Source: Chloroherpetonaceae bacterium
GTDB taxonomy: Bacteria > Bacteroidota > Chlorobiia > Chlorobiales > Thermochlorobacteraceae
NCBI GenBank assembly: GCA_046292465.1
Contig: JBKBRB010000002.1
Coordinates: forward strand, 159,027-223,026
Length of the DNA stretch: 64,000 nt
Direction of reading: 5' to 3'
A model generated the notes under the pieces. The model ran no database searches, was not told the DNA's origin, and worked only from the letters and a program-made list of their open reading frames with translations. Shown one piece after another: positions 7,786-16,029 of the stretch. A program made the translations under genes and the position numbers. The first letter of the stretch is position 1; each line of letters opens with the position of its first letter.

Positions 7786-8838
7786 ATGACCGACCTCTTG
7801 CAATTAGCGCTTTTGCTTTCGCTCTCGCTCGGTGAGCGTCTTGCCTTGATGGGCGTGGTGCTCTTTGTGCTTTTAACGAGCGTAGCTTATACCGTTTATG
7901 CCGAGCGCAAAATCGCCGCCGCCATTCAAAACCGAATCGGACCGAACCGCGTCGGCTTTGACCTCATTCCGCAACTCGGATTTCTCAAAGGCTTAGCAGG
8001 ACTCGGACAGCCCATTGCCGATGTGCTCAAACTTCTTTTCAAAGAAGATGTTGTGCCGAGTGCCTCAAACGCTTTTTTTCACCTGCTTGCGCCGATGATT
8101 TCACTTTTTGCTGCGCTCACCACGATTGCCGTTGTGCCTGTGGCAGGGGGGCTTGTGATTGCTGATGTCGATATTGGCGTGCTCTACATTCTCGCCATTA
8201 CCTCGCTCGGCGTTTATGGACTCACGCTTGCAGGGTGGGCGTCGAACTCGAAGTATTCCCTTTTGGGCGGCTTACGCTCGTCAGCGCAAATGATTAGTTA
8301 TGAAATTGCGATGGGACTTTCTATCGTCAGCGTTGTCGTTCTTGCCGATTCACTTTCAATGACAAAGATTGTTGAATCGCAAACTGCCAATCCGCTTTAT
8401 TGGAATTGCTTCCGAAATTTTCTTGGATTTATCTGTTTCGTTGTCGCGTCTTTTGCCGAGTGCAATCGCGCGCCGTTCGATTTGCCTGAAGCCGAGCAAG
8501 AACTCGTCGGTGGCTACAATACGGAATATGGCTCAATGAAATTCGCGCTCTTTTTCCTTGCAGAATATGCGAACATGATTGTTGCCTCTGCCGTCATTGC
8601 CACACTTTTTCTTGGCGGCTATCAAGTGCCATTTTGGAGCGACGCGCCTTGGTGGTTGCAAGTTGGCGCCTTTGTTACCAAGACGCTCTTTATGATGTTT
8701 GTCTTCATTTGGGTGCGTTGGACGATTCCACGCTTCAAATACAACCAACTGATGGATTTGGGTTGGAGAAAACTTTTGCCACTTGCGCTTTTCAATCTTC
8801 TCTTGATTGCTATCGGCGTCCTAGTTTTTGGAGCGTAA
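7786..8838 (+). CDS. nuoH: NADH-quinone oxidoreductase subunit H
   Basis: AERKIAAAIQNRIGPNRVG, YSLLGGLRSSAQMISYE and ECNRAPFDLPEAEQELVGGYNTEYG are canonical NuoH/ND1 motifs. Confidence 0.95.
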   Translation: MTDLLQLALLLSLSLGERLALMGVVLFVLLTSVAYTVYAERKIAAAIQNRIGPNRVGFDLIPQLGFLKGLAGLGQPIADVLKLLFKEDVVPSASNAFFHLLAPMISLFAALTTIAVVPVAGGLVIADVDIGVLYILAITSLGVYGLTLAGWASNSKYSLLGGLRSSAQMISYEIAMGLSIVSVVVLADSLSMTKIVESQTANPLYWNCFRNFLGFICFVVASFAECNRAPFDLPEAEQELVGGYNTEYGSMKFALFFLAEYANMIVASAVIATLFLGGYQVPFWSDAPWWLQVGAFVTKTLFMMFVFIWVRWTIPRFKYNQLMDLGWRKLLPLALFNLLLIAIGVLVFGA

Positions 8839-8867
8839 TGCTCGGCTAAAATTTTGATTCAAATACA

Positions 8868-8899
8868 AAAGCCCTTCACTCGGAAGGGCTTTATTTTTT
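8868..8899. terminator. bidirectional rho-independent terminator between nuoH and folE
   Basis: A perfect 10-bp stem (AAAGCCCTTC / GAAGGGCTTT) has loop ACTCG. It is followed by a T-run (ATTTTTTA) and preceded by an A-run. Confidence 0.85.
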
Positions 8900-8914
8900 A
8901 TGCCTGCTATGGAT

Positions 8915-9736
8915 TTATGGATTCACAATGCTATTCACAGCGCGCATAAATTCGGAACGGGTTGCGCTGTTGAGCAAGAACACGCCGCCGAGTTTGCTTG
9001 TAACGGTATCGGAATTGACATCTTCAACACCGCGCGATTTGACGCAATAATGCTTAGCGTGAATGAGCACCGCAATATCTTCCGTGTCCAAAATGTAGGA
9101 GAGCGCGTAAAAAATTTGTTCCGTCAGTCGCTCTTGAATTTGCGGACGCTTGGCGAAGTATTCCACAATGCGGTTGATTTTGGAAAGTCCTAAAACTTTC
9201 TTTTTGGGAATGTAAGCCACGTGCGCGCGCCCGTCAATAATGACAAAGTGATGCTCACAGTTGCTTTGCACGTTGATGTTTCGCTCGATGACCATTGAGC
9301 TATATCCCATCTTGTTTTCAACGGTCGTGCATTTTGGGAAATTGCGCCAATCGAGACCGAAGAAAATTTCGTCGACATACATTTGCGCTACGCGCTTTGG
9401 CGTATCGGCGAGGCTGTCGTCGGATAAATCTAATCCGAGTGTGCGCATGATTTCGGCGAAGTTGCGCGCAATGATGGTGCGTTTTTCGTCATCGCTCAAA
9501 CCGGTATCGATTTGAGGCGTCGCAACCCCTTTTTCAATCAAGAACTGCGCCACACGTCTGCCGAGCTCGGGGTCGGTCTTTTGGCTTCGCCGAATCGGTT
9601 CATCGTCCAAATAAAGGTCAGGACTTGAACTATTGACGACGATGATTTCATCTTCATCGTGAAAGCCGTTGCCGTTTATCTTATTCGCCACGATAGACGA
9701 CGAAATTTCGCTCGGATTCGAAGACTTTGATTTCAT
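8915..9736 (-). CDS. folE: GTP cyclohydrolase I (FolE) with N-terminal extension
   Basis: The catalytic core CEHHFVIIDGRAHVAYIP is present. The start is uncertain: the ATG at 9736 overlaps the upstream gene by 56 nt, and in-frame GTG (9691) and TTG (9610) are alternatives. Confidence 0.88.
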   Translation of the reverse strand: MKSKSSNPSEISSSIVANKINGNGFHDEDEIIVVNSSSPDLYLDDEPIRRSQKTDPELGRRVAQFLIEKGVATPQIDTGLSDDEKRTIIARNFAEIMRTLGLDLSDDSLADTPKRVAQMYVDEIFFGLDWRNFPKCTTVENKMGYSSMVIERNINVQSNCEHHFVIIDGRAHVAYIPKKKVLGLSKINRIVEYFAKRPQIQERLTEQIFYALSYILDTEDIAVLIHAKHYCVKSRGVEDVNSDTVTSKLGGVFLLNSATRSEFMRAVNSIVNP

Positions 9737-10199
9737 ACAAGTCTATTCCTTTCAAATTAAGTTGTTTGAGTTTTTCGTTGATTACTTCCCAAAACACAAC
9801 GGCTATCACTTCCGCTGTCGGCACCGTGTCGCGGAACATTTCAACATCAAAGTTCAGGTGCTTATGATCGACTTTGGAAATAATTTCTTCCTCGAGAATT
9901 TTTTTGAGGATTTTCAGGTCAAAGAGATACCCTGTTTCTTTCTCGACGATTCCCGTCAAGGTTACTTCTAACTCGTAGTTATGTCCGTGTCCGTAGAAAT
10001 TGTTACAAATGTCATAGACTTCGCAATTTTTCTCGTCTGAGAAAGTCGGATTGAACAGGCGATGCGCAGCGTTGAAGTGGACTTTGCGCGTTACATAAAC
10101 CTTACGCGGCTTAGAGAGCACTTTATTGATTTCGCGTTGCTCGCTTGGTGCTTGCCAAACTTCTTTGGCGTCAGGTGTGTGTTCTATAAGGTCTATCAT
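9681..10199 (-). CDS. 6-pyruvoyl-tetrahydropterin synthase (PTPS, animal/PTPS-I-like)
   Basis: FNAAHRLFNPTFSDEKN...CNNFYGHGHNYELEVTL and the C-terminal FVVYRGE closely follow the mammalian PTPS pattern. The ATG at 10199 follows the upstream stop (10207) by 7 nt; the track ORF extends to 10346. Confidence 0.85.
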   Translation of the reverse strand: MIDLIEHTPDAKEVWQAPSEQREINKVLSKPRKVYVTRKVHFNAAHRLFNPTFSDEKNCEVYDICNNFYGHGHNYELEVTLTGIVEKETGYLFDLKILKKILEEEIISKVDHKHLNFDVEMFRDTVPTAEVIAVVFWEVINEKLKQLNLKGIDLYEIKVFESERNFVVYRGE

Positions 10200-10206
10200 A
10201 AAAGTT

Positions 10207-10740
10207 TTACGAGTTAAAGTTTTTAGAAGCCTTTTTCGTTCCGAATCCGTCATTTTTTTCAACGACTTCATATACAACAGGTTTCTGTGGCGCAATGCCT
10301 TTGCACGAAGAGAGATAGAACTTGCAGTCTCGGCATCCGAGTTCAATCCAATCGGGCTTGCCTTCGTAGTCGAGCCAAGCAGGCACGATTTTGCCGTCTT
10401 CTTCTTTTCGGATTCCGAAGCAGTTCAGGTAGCAGTCGGGCGTGTAGTTGCCGTTTTGACAACCGCGCTCTTCGTGCCAACGGCACAGAAAGTCTTCGCA
10501 GATTCTTACATTTGGGTTCGGGTGCGGGATGGGTTTGCGGTAGCCTCGCATTTCGCGCTTGAGCGTCGTCCATGCGCGTTGGAAAATCACGGTTGAATTT
10601 CGCAAATGCCAAAGTGGGTTATACCAACTAATGCCGAGCGTTTCCGCAACCAATAACCCCGTAACGGCTTTACGCGCCGATTGGTGATTTCCTGCAACGC
10701 GCAAGAGCCAATTCAGAAACTTTACTCGTATCTTTTTCAT
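10207..10740 (-). CDS. Cys-rich hypothetical protein (177 aa)
   Basis: It is the first gene of the PTPS-folE string. Ten Cys lie in the C-terminal half (CEDFLC, GC, DCYLNC, GCRDC, SC), and the N-terminus is basic and hydrophobic. Confidence 0.55.
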   Translation of the reverse strand: MKKIRVKFLNWLLRVAGNHQSARKAVTGLLVAETLGISWYNPLWHLRNSTVIFQRAWTTLKREMRGYRKPIPHPNPNVRICEDFLCRWHEERGCQNGNYTPDCYLNCFGIRKEEDGKIVPAWLDYEGKPDWIELGCRDCKFYLSSCKGIAPQKPVVYEVVEKNDGFGTKKASKNFNS

Positions 10741-10831
10741 TAGAAATTTCGTCTAAACATTGCTGATAACTTTTATCCATAGTAGTTCGTTTAACCCAAC
10801 GCCGACTTAACATTTTCCCAAAATCTTCACT

Positions 10832-12064
10832 ATGCCACCATTGACCGTTGCACGCATTGCACTGATTCTTGTTCTCTCGCTTCTTGTGGGGATGTATGTG
10901 TATTCAAAATTGCTCAAACTCATCGCAACGCTGAATCTCAAAAATCCTAAACCAGTTCAGGTTTCATCTGCCGTTGTGCTTTGCGCGCTGATGGCAACAC
11001 CTGCCCTCACGCTCTTTTTGCGTTCAGAAATGGATTTGCGCGAGCACGGCGCGATGTATGCGCTCTTCACGCTCTCGAGCATTTGGTTTATTTGGGTCGT
11101 TGGAATGGTCGTGGTTTTCGTTCCGATAGATGCTTTCCGTGCGGTTAAAGGCTTTTTTCAACGCTTCGTGAAGAAGCCTGAACTTATCGGCGCACCTGAC
11201 AACGACACCAACCTTTCACGGCGCGACTTTTTAAGCAAAACGACTGCCCTTGCTCCGCTTGCCGTCGGCTTTGGATTTCCAAGCGTCATTACCGCTTATA
11301 GCCTCATCAACAACCGTTCCGATTACATCGTCAATTCCATGACGCTTCGTTTTCCCAACTTGCCAAACGCACTTCGTGGCTTGAAAATCGCGCAGATTAG
11401 CGACATTCATTCGGGCTTGTATATGCCGCAACGCAAAATGGAAGAGATTACCGAAGTCGTTAATTCGCTCTCGCCTGATTTAATCGCGCTCACAGGCGAT
11501 TTCGTCTCGAGCTTCCCCGAAGAAATTGAACCGTTTGCAAAAGGCTTTCAAGGCTTGAAATCCACCTTCGGCACGTTTTCGTGTGCAGGCAACCACGACG
11601 AATGGGCAGGGATTCGCGCGATTGAATCGGCACTGAACGAGAAAAAATTGAACCTTCTGCGTAATCGCACCGAAACGCTCACGATTGACGGCGTAAAACT
11701 CAATGTGATTGGAATGGACTTCACGCGCGAAAAAAAATACTACCTTGAACGCGCACTTACCAACGCCGATAAAGAAGGATTCAATCTGCTTTTGTGCCAC
11801 CACCCCGATTTCTTCACGCATGCCAAAACTTTCGGTATCGACCTCATGCTCGCAGGACACACACACGGCGGACAAATCGCACTTGATTTCGCAGGATTTG
11901 AATTTTATCCGATTGACCTTTTCTACAAATATCCGCGCGGGCTGTTTGAAGAAGGCAATAATCAATCGCAGAAACTTTACGTCAATCTTGGCATTGGCAT
12001 CACGGCGACGCCGCTTCGCACCGTTCAAGCCGAAATTGCTTTGATTACGCTTGAAAGGGCTTGA
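10832..12064 (+). CDS. membrane-anchored metallophosphoesterase (YkuE/calcineurin-like)
   Basis: N-terminal TM helices are followed by the motifs ISDIHSG, LTGDFV, GNHDEW, HHPDFF and GHTHGGQ. Confidence 0.88.
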   Translation: MPPLTVARIALILVLSLLVGMYVYSKLLKLIATLNLKNPKPVQVSSAVVLCALMATPALTLFLRSEMDLREHGAMYALFTLSSIWFIWVVGMVVVFVPIDAFRAVKGFFQRFVKKPELIGAPDNDTNLSRRDFLSKTTALAPLAVGFGFPSVITAYSLINNRSDYIVNSMTLRFPNLPNALRGLKIAQISDIHSGLYMPQRKMEEITEVVNSLSPDLIALTGDFVSSFPEEIEPFAKGFQGLKSTFGTFSCAGNHDEWAGIRAIESALNEKKLNLLRNRTETLTIDGVKLNVIGMDFTREKKYYLERALTNADKEGFNLLLCHHPDFFTHAKTFGIDLMLAGHTHGGQIALDFAGFEFYPIDLFYKYPRGLFEEGNNQSQKLYVNLGIGITATPLRTVQAEIALITLERA

Positions 12065-12084
12065 CTTTCAGCAACCTAATCTCT

Positions 12085-12325
12085 GTGAAAGAAGATTTGA
12101 AACTTGCTGAAATCTATCGCCGAGAAAAGCCCATAGCCGATGAAGATATTCGATAAGGCGTGAGGTGGGAAGACTTAAAATCTGAACTTACAGAGTGGAA
12201 ACGCACAAAGCGGAACGGAAGGGCAAGAAAGTAATGTATGAGATTATCGTTACACATACTGCTCGCAAACAGATATTATCGCTTTCACCAAAAATTCTAA
12301 TTCGCGTTTCCAATAAGTTATCATC
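12085..12325 (+). pseudogene. decayed type II toxin-antitoxin pair (antitoxin tail with in-frame stop plus truncated RelE/ParE-like toxin N-terminus)
   Basis: One frame reads VKEDLKLAEIYRREKPIADEDIR-TAA(12154)-GVRWEDLKSELTEWK...TAA. An overlapping TAATG at 12232-12236 then opens MYEIIVTHTARKQILSLSPKILIRVSNKL, which fits the RelE/ParE N-terminal pattern. Similarity is lost where the Rpn gene ends (12335). Confidence 0.45.
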
Positions 12326-12334
12326 GTTTTTTGA

Positions 12335-13084
12335 TTATGACGACTGTTCCTTGCGTGGCATGCGCTGCACGTCGGTTAGGGGAAGATTCAACTCCGCACT
12401 GATTTGCTCATCGCTCAAGCCCAATCGGCGCAAGAGCGGAACAGTTGCAAGTTTTGCTTTTACTTCGCCTTCTTCGTAGGCTTCTTTGTAGAATGCCGTC
12501 TCTTTTAATAGTTCTTCCTGAATCTTCAACATCTGTCGTATCTCCTCGCGTTTTAAGGTTCTAAACTTGTAAGTTAGGATTTGTTCAATCAAATTCATTA
12601 AACTTGCTTGCGCCGCCATTCGTTCAGCCATTTTAGCGACTGTTTGCTCAGGCTCTACCAAGAGTTTGAACAGACCAACAGAGAGCGAATCCAATTTTTC
12701 AAGTTCATCTAAATATATTCGTTGAATCCGCTTCAGTTCAAGCAAGTCTTGATAGTTCGTCAAACTTTTCTGCTCGACGCTTCTTGAAGCATAAATTACA
12801 ATTGCACGCCAGTTGCTAACAGGATACTGTTTAAGGTAGAGAAAAATTTCCGCGAAGAACCGTGCATAGAATTGTTCATCGAGTTGAAATTGAACTTCAA
12901 CGAAATAGGTGATGTCGTCATCGGACTTTGGAATAAATACGCCGTCGAGGCGAAATGCAGTTTCTTTAAGTTCGACGGACTTGAACTCGTAGCGCAAAGC
13001 GTCGTCAGGGCTTCTCCCGATGAGCTCGGAAAAGCCTTGCGGCGCAAGTTGAAGAAGTATGTAGGCGAGTTTATCGGTTTTCAC
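12335..13084 (-). CDS. Rpn-family recombination-promoting nuclease / putative transposase (DUF2887-like, PD-(D/E)XK)
   Basis: GTG start. The N-terminus MKTDKLAYILLQLAPQGFSELIG...FRLDGVF...YFVEVQFQ follows the Rpn/DUF2887 pattern. The gene begins 3 nt after the S8 protease stop and looks more AT-rich than its neighbours by eye. Confidence 0.7.
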   Translation of the reverse strand: MKTDKLAYILLQLAPQGFSELIGRSPDDALRYEFKSVELKETAFRLDGVFIPKSDDDITYFVEVQFQLDEQFYARFFAEIFLYLKQYPVSNWRAIVIYASRSVEQKSLTNYQDLLELKRIQRIYLDELEKLDSLSVGLFKLLVEPEQTVAKMAERMAAQASLMNLIEQILTYKFRTLKREEIRQMLKIQEELLKETAFYKEAYEEGEVKAKLATVPLLRRLGLSDEQISAELNLPLTDVQRMPRKEQSS

Positions 13085-13087
13085 TTT

Positions 13088-15985
13088 TCACCTCACCACA
13101 ACCATTTTCCTCGTTGCCGAAGCGCGCCCGATTTGAAGACGATAGAAATACACGCCAGTTGCTAATCGGCTTGCGTTGAAGTCCAAACGGTAAGCTTCTG
13201 GCTCTTGAAAGCCGCTCACCAATGTTGCTACTTCCCTGCCCAACACATCATAGACTTTAAGCGAGACAAAGCCTGCTTGAAGCACACGGTATTCAATCGT
13301 GGTGATAGGATTGAACGGATTCGGATAATTTTGCGAGAGTTCTAAAATCTGCGGTTCAGACGAAACAGGTTTTCCGCTTTGCAAGTCTGTTAATTGCTCG
13401 AAGAGTTGACCGCCTTGTGTGAGTGCTAAGGCGCGCGCGTTACGCCCTTCTTTTGTCGCCAAGAGTTGAATGAGTTTATCTTCGCCTTCGATTGGCAGAG
13501 TTTCTTCTCGAAAGGTTGTTCCGCCGTCGGTTGAGTTCCATACTCGTTGATTTCCGCCAACCCACATACGAGCCGTCTCACGGATTCCTGTTGCGGTTTC
13601 AAGCGGCGCATTGATGGCTGAAACCTCGCGCCACGTGCCTTCGGAAAATCGTTGCAAGTAAGGCGGATTGTTGGAAACGCGAACTCCGTTCTGTTCATCG
13701 CGAAAGAAAATTGCGCCGACATAGCCGCCGCCTGTTGATTCTTTGCGCCATGAAGTTCCGCCGTCGCTTGTGGCGTAAAGATTACCGTTTGTTGCGCCGC
13801 CAAAAAATCCGACAAGAGAATTAACAAAATTGATTGAGCGCGTCCAGCCGAAGTCGCCGTTTGTCAAAGGGGCGTTTGGCAGTTCGTTCCAAGTGTTGCC
13901 ACCGTCGGTTGTCTTGACGATGAGAAAGCGTGTGCGGTTTTGCGGCGCATCGCTTACGGCGTAGCCTGTGTCTTGGTTTGTCATTGCAATTCCGTTCCAC
14001 CACGCGCCCAAGTCGCCTTGATACACCACGCTCCAACTTTTGCCCCCGTCAATCGTTTTGAACAATCGTGCGGCGATTGCGCCCGATGTCGAACTTTCGC
14101 CTTCTCCAACAATCGCCGTTAGCGAATCGATTGCCGAAACCGCATCGAGGTTTTGCGCTGTCGGTGCAATACATCGCTGAAATGAAGTGCCACCATCTGT
14201 TGAGCGAAACACTGCGCCGCTTTCGCCAACCAACCAAAGCGTTTTGTCGCTTGCCATGCTGATTGCGCGTGCGCGCGTGGAAACAGACGAGAGAAATTTC
14301 CATGTGGAATTGGATATGCGAAGCACTGAAAAATCGTTGTAGCCCGCAATGGCGTCGCTGAACGAAAGTCGGAGCAAGCGAGGCGAGGCATCGGGCGTGC
14401 GAATTGTGAGCCGAAATACGAGCCGAAGCGTATCGTTTGTGTTTAGACGTGGCGAGGATTGAAACGGATTGGTAATCGTAACGCCACCGTTGAGCGATTG
14501 CAATTCAAACGAAATTGCGCTCGAGGTCGGCGCATTGTGATTGACAAGCGTAACGACAAGCGACTGCGTCAGGCTTTCATAATCGTATTGCGCCACTTCC
14601 AAGCCGGGCGTAGTGCGCGTTAAGGCTTGAAAGGCGTTGAGCCGACCTTTGCCCAAGAGATTCGCATTTGCAGGATTGAGCGCATCGAGCGATTCTGCGG
14701 TTGCGCGAAGTTGTGTGCGAATGCGCGCCGCCGACCAATTCGGACGAAGCGATTTCAACAGCCCCGCCACACCAGCGGCAATCGGTGCCGACATCGACGT
14801 GCCCGTCAGCAATCCGTATTCACCTTCAAAGACCGTGCTTAAAATGCCGTTGCCTGTAGTGAGCACATCGAGCGCAATGCCATAACTTGAAAACGACGAG
14901 CGTTGATTGATTAACCCGCCGAAATGATTGACCGAACCAACCGAAAGCACATTTTGATACGAAGCAGGATAAACTAAGTCCGTTTCCGCCACTGTGCCGC
15001 CGTTGTTTCCCGCCGAAGCAATTACAACAACGCCTTGCGCCGAAGCAAAATTGACCACTTCATTTTCAAACGATGAAAAGCCACTTGCGCCCCAACTGCA
15101 ATTCACTACGGACGCACCATTTGCGACGGCATAAAGCATTGCCTCAAATCCGAAGCCGACGGCAGTTGGCTCCGCTTGTGTGCCGCCCGCTTTGAGATTC
15201 ATATACCGGCAATTATAGCCAATGCCGGCTATGCCAATGCTGTTGTTGGTTTCCGCCGTTGCAATGCCTGCCACGTGTGTGCCGTGAACGAAAAAGTCTC
15301 CGCGTGGGTCGTTATCCTGCACAGGATTCGCAACCGTTCCATCTTGCCAAAAGTCCCAGCCCATCACATCATCGATGAAGCCGTTGCCGTCGTCGTCGAG
15401 GTTGTTGTTTGGAATTTCGCCTGTGTTTATCCACATCTTGCCTGCAAGGTCGGGGTGAAGGTAGTCGACGCCGCTGTCGATGATGGCGATAATCACATCA
15501 CGGTTTCCTTGTGAAATATCCCACGCTTGAAAGAGTCGGTGATAGTCGAGGTAATTTTGCGAAGAGAACGATGTGCCGATGAGCGGGTCGTTAGGCACAA
15601 CGTGAAGCGTGTGAATGTATTTCGGCTCAACCCACTCGAAGAGGTCGAGCTTTTGGAGGCGTGAGGCGATGAGCGATTCATCGAGATGTTCAGGAAAGGT
15701 AAGCGTGTAAATGCGCGAAATGGATTGCAGACTTTTCGATTCGAGTTGATTTGGCGCGTTGCGTGCGGCGGTTTTTTCTAATGCGTGTTGATGTGCGGCA
15801 GTCCAAATTGGCGCAAGTTGAATTTCTGTTGATATGCTTTTGAGTAATCTTGTTGGAGTTTCAGTGCGAAGCGCGTCGCTCGATTTGAACTTCACCATTA
15901 GCACGCCTTTTGCAACCTGCCTCTCTTGGCTCTTCGCCGTTATTCCAATTAGCAGTATTCCAAACAGAGTGAGAAAAATTTTCAT
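13088..15985 (-). CDS. secreted S8 (subtilisin-family) peptidase fused to an Asp-box beta-propeller, with a T9SS C-terminal sorting domain
   Basis: The catalytic triad context is IIDSGVD, HGTHVAGIA and GTSMSAPIAAG. Five Asp-box motifs are present (STDGGTSF, IDGGKSW, TDGGNTW, SDGGTSW, STDGGTTF). The C-terminus is NYPNPFNPITTIEY...VYDVLGREV...GVYFYRLQ. Confidence 0.9.
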   Translation of the reverse strand: MKIFLTLFGILLIGITAKSQERQVAKGVLMVKFKSSDALRTETPTRLLKSISTEIQLAPIWTAAHQHALEKTAARNAPNQLESKSLQSISRIYTLTFPEHLDESLIASRLQKLDLFEWVEPKYIHTLHVVPNDPLIGTSFSSQNYLDYHRLFQAWDISQGNRDVIIAIIDSGVDYLHPDLAGKMWINTGEIPNNNLDDDGNGFIDDVMGWDFWQDGTVANPVQDNDPRGDFFVHGTHVAGIATAETNNSIGIAGIGYNCRYMNLKAGGTQAEPTAVGFGFEAMLYAVANGASVVNCSWGASGFSSFENEVVNFASAQGVVVIASAGNNGGTVAETDLVYPASYQNVLSVGSVNHFGGLINQRSSFSSYGIALDVLTTGNGILSTVFEGEYGLLTGTSMSAPIAAGVAGLLKSLRPNWSAARIRTQLRATAESLDALNPANANLLGKGRLNAFQALTRTTPGLEVAQYDYESLTQSLVVTLVNHNAPTSSAISFELQSLNGGVTITNPFQSSPRLNTNDTLRLVFRLTIRTPDASPRLLRLSFSDAIAGYNDFSVLRISNSTWKFLSSVSTRARAISMASDKTLWLVGESGAVFRSTDGGTSFQRCIAPTAQNLDAVSAIDSLTAIVGEGESSTSGAIAARLFKTIDGGKSWSVVYQGDLGAWWNGIAMTNQDTGYAVSDAPQNRTRFLIVKTTDGGNTWNELPNAPLTNGDFGWTRSINFVNSLVGFFGGATNGNLYATSDGGTSWRKESTGGGYVGAIFFRDEQNGVRVSNNPPYLQRFSEGTWREVSAINAPLETATGIRETARMWVGGNQRVWNSTDGGTTFREETLPIEGEDKLIQLLATKEGRNARALALTQGGQLFEQLTDLQSGKPVSSEPQILELSQNYPNPFNPITTIEYRVLQAGFVSLKVYDVLGREVATLVSGFQEPEAYRLDFNASRLATGVYFYRLQIGRASATRKMVVVR

Positions 15986-16029
15986 GACGAGTTATGTTCG
16001 GCTTAATGAGGCTTGAAGATACAGCCTTA

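Noticed and set aside
9681-9736. 56-nt overlap between PTPS and folE as a genuine overlapping-gene feature
   Set aside because: It is more likely a start-codon choice artefact. In-frame GTG (9691) and TTG (9610) exist, and the FolE core begins much later. I kept it only as an uncertainty note.
10126-10612. ORFs of 156, 91 and 89 aa overlapping the Cys-rich gene
   Set aside because: They are Arg/Ser/Ala-rich out-of-frame or antisense shadows. The 177-aa frame has the ordered Cys pattern and fits the operon spacing.
12195-12479. 94-aa ORF (METHKAERKGKKVMYEII...) as an intact gene
   Set aside because: Only residues 14 to about 43 resemble a RelE/ParE N-terminus. The rest runs antisense through the 3' end of the Rpn gene. 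I treat it as a truncated remnant.
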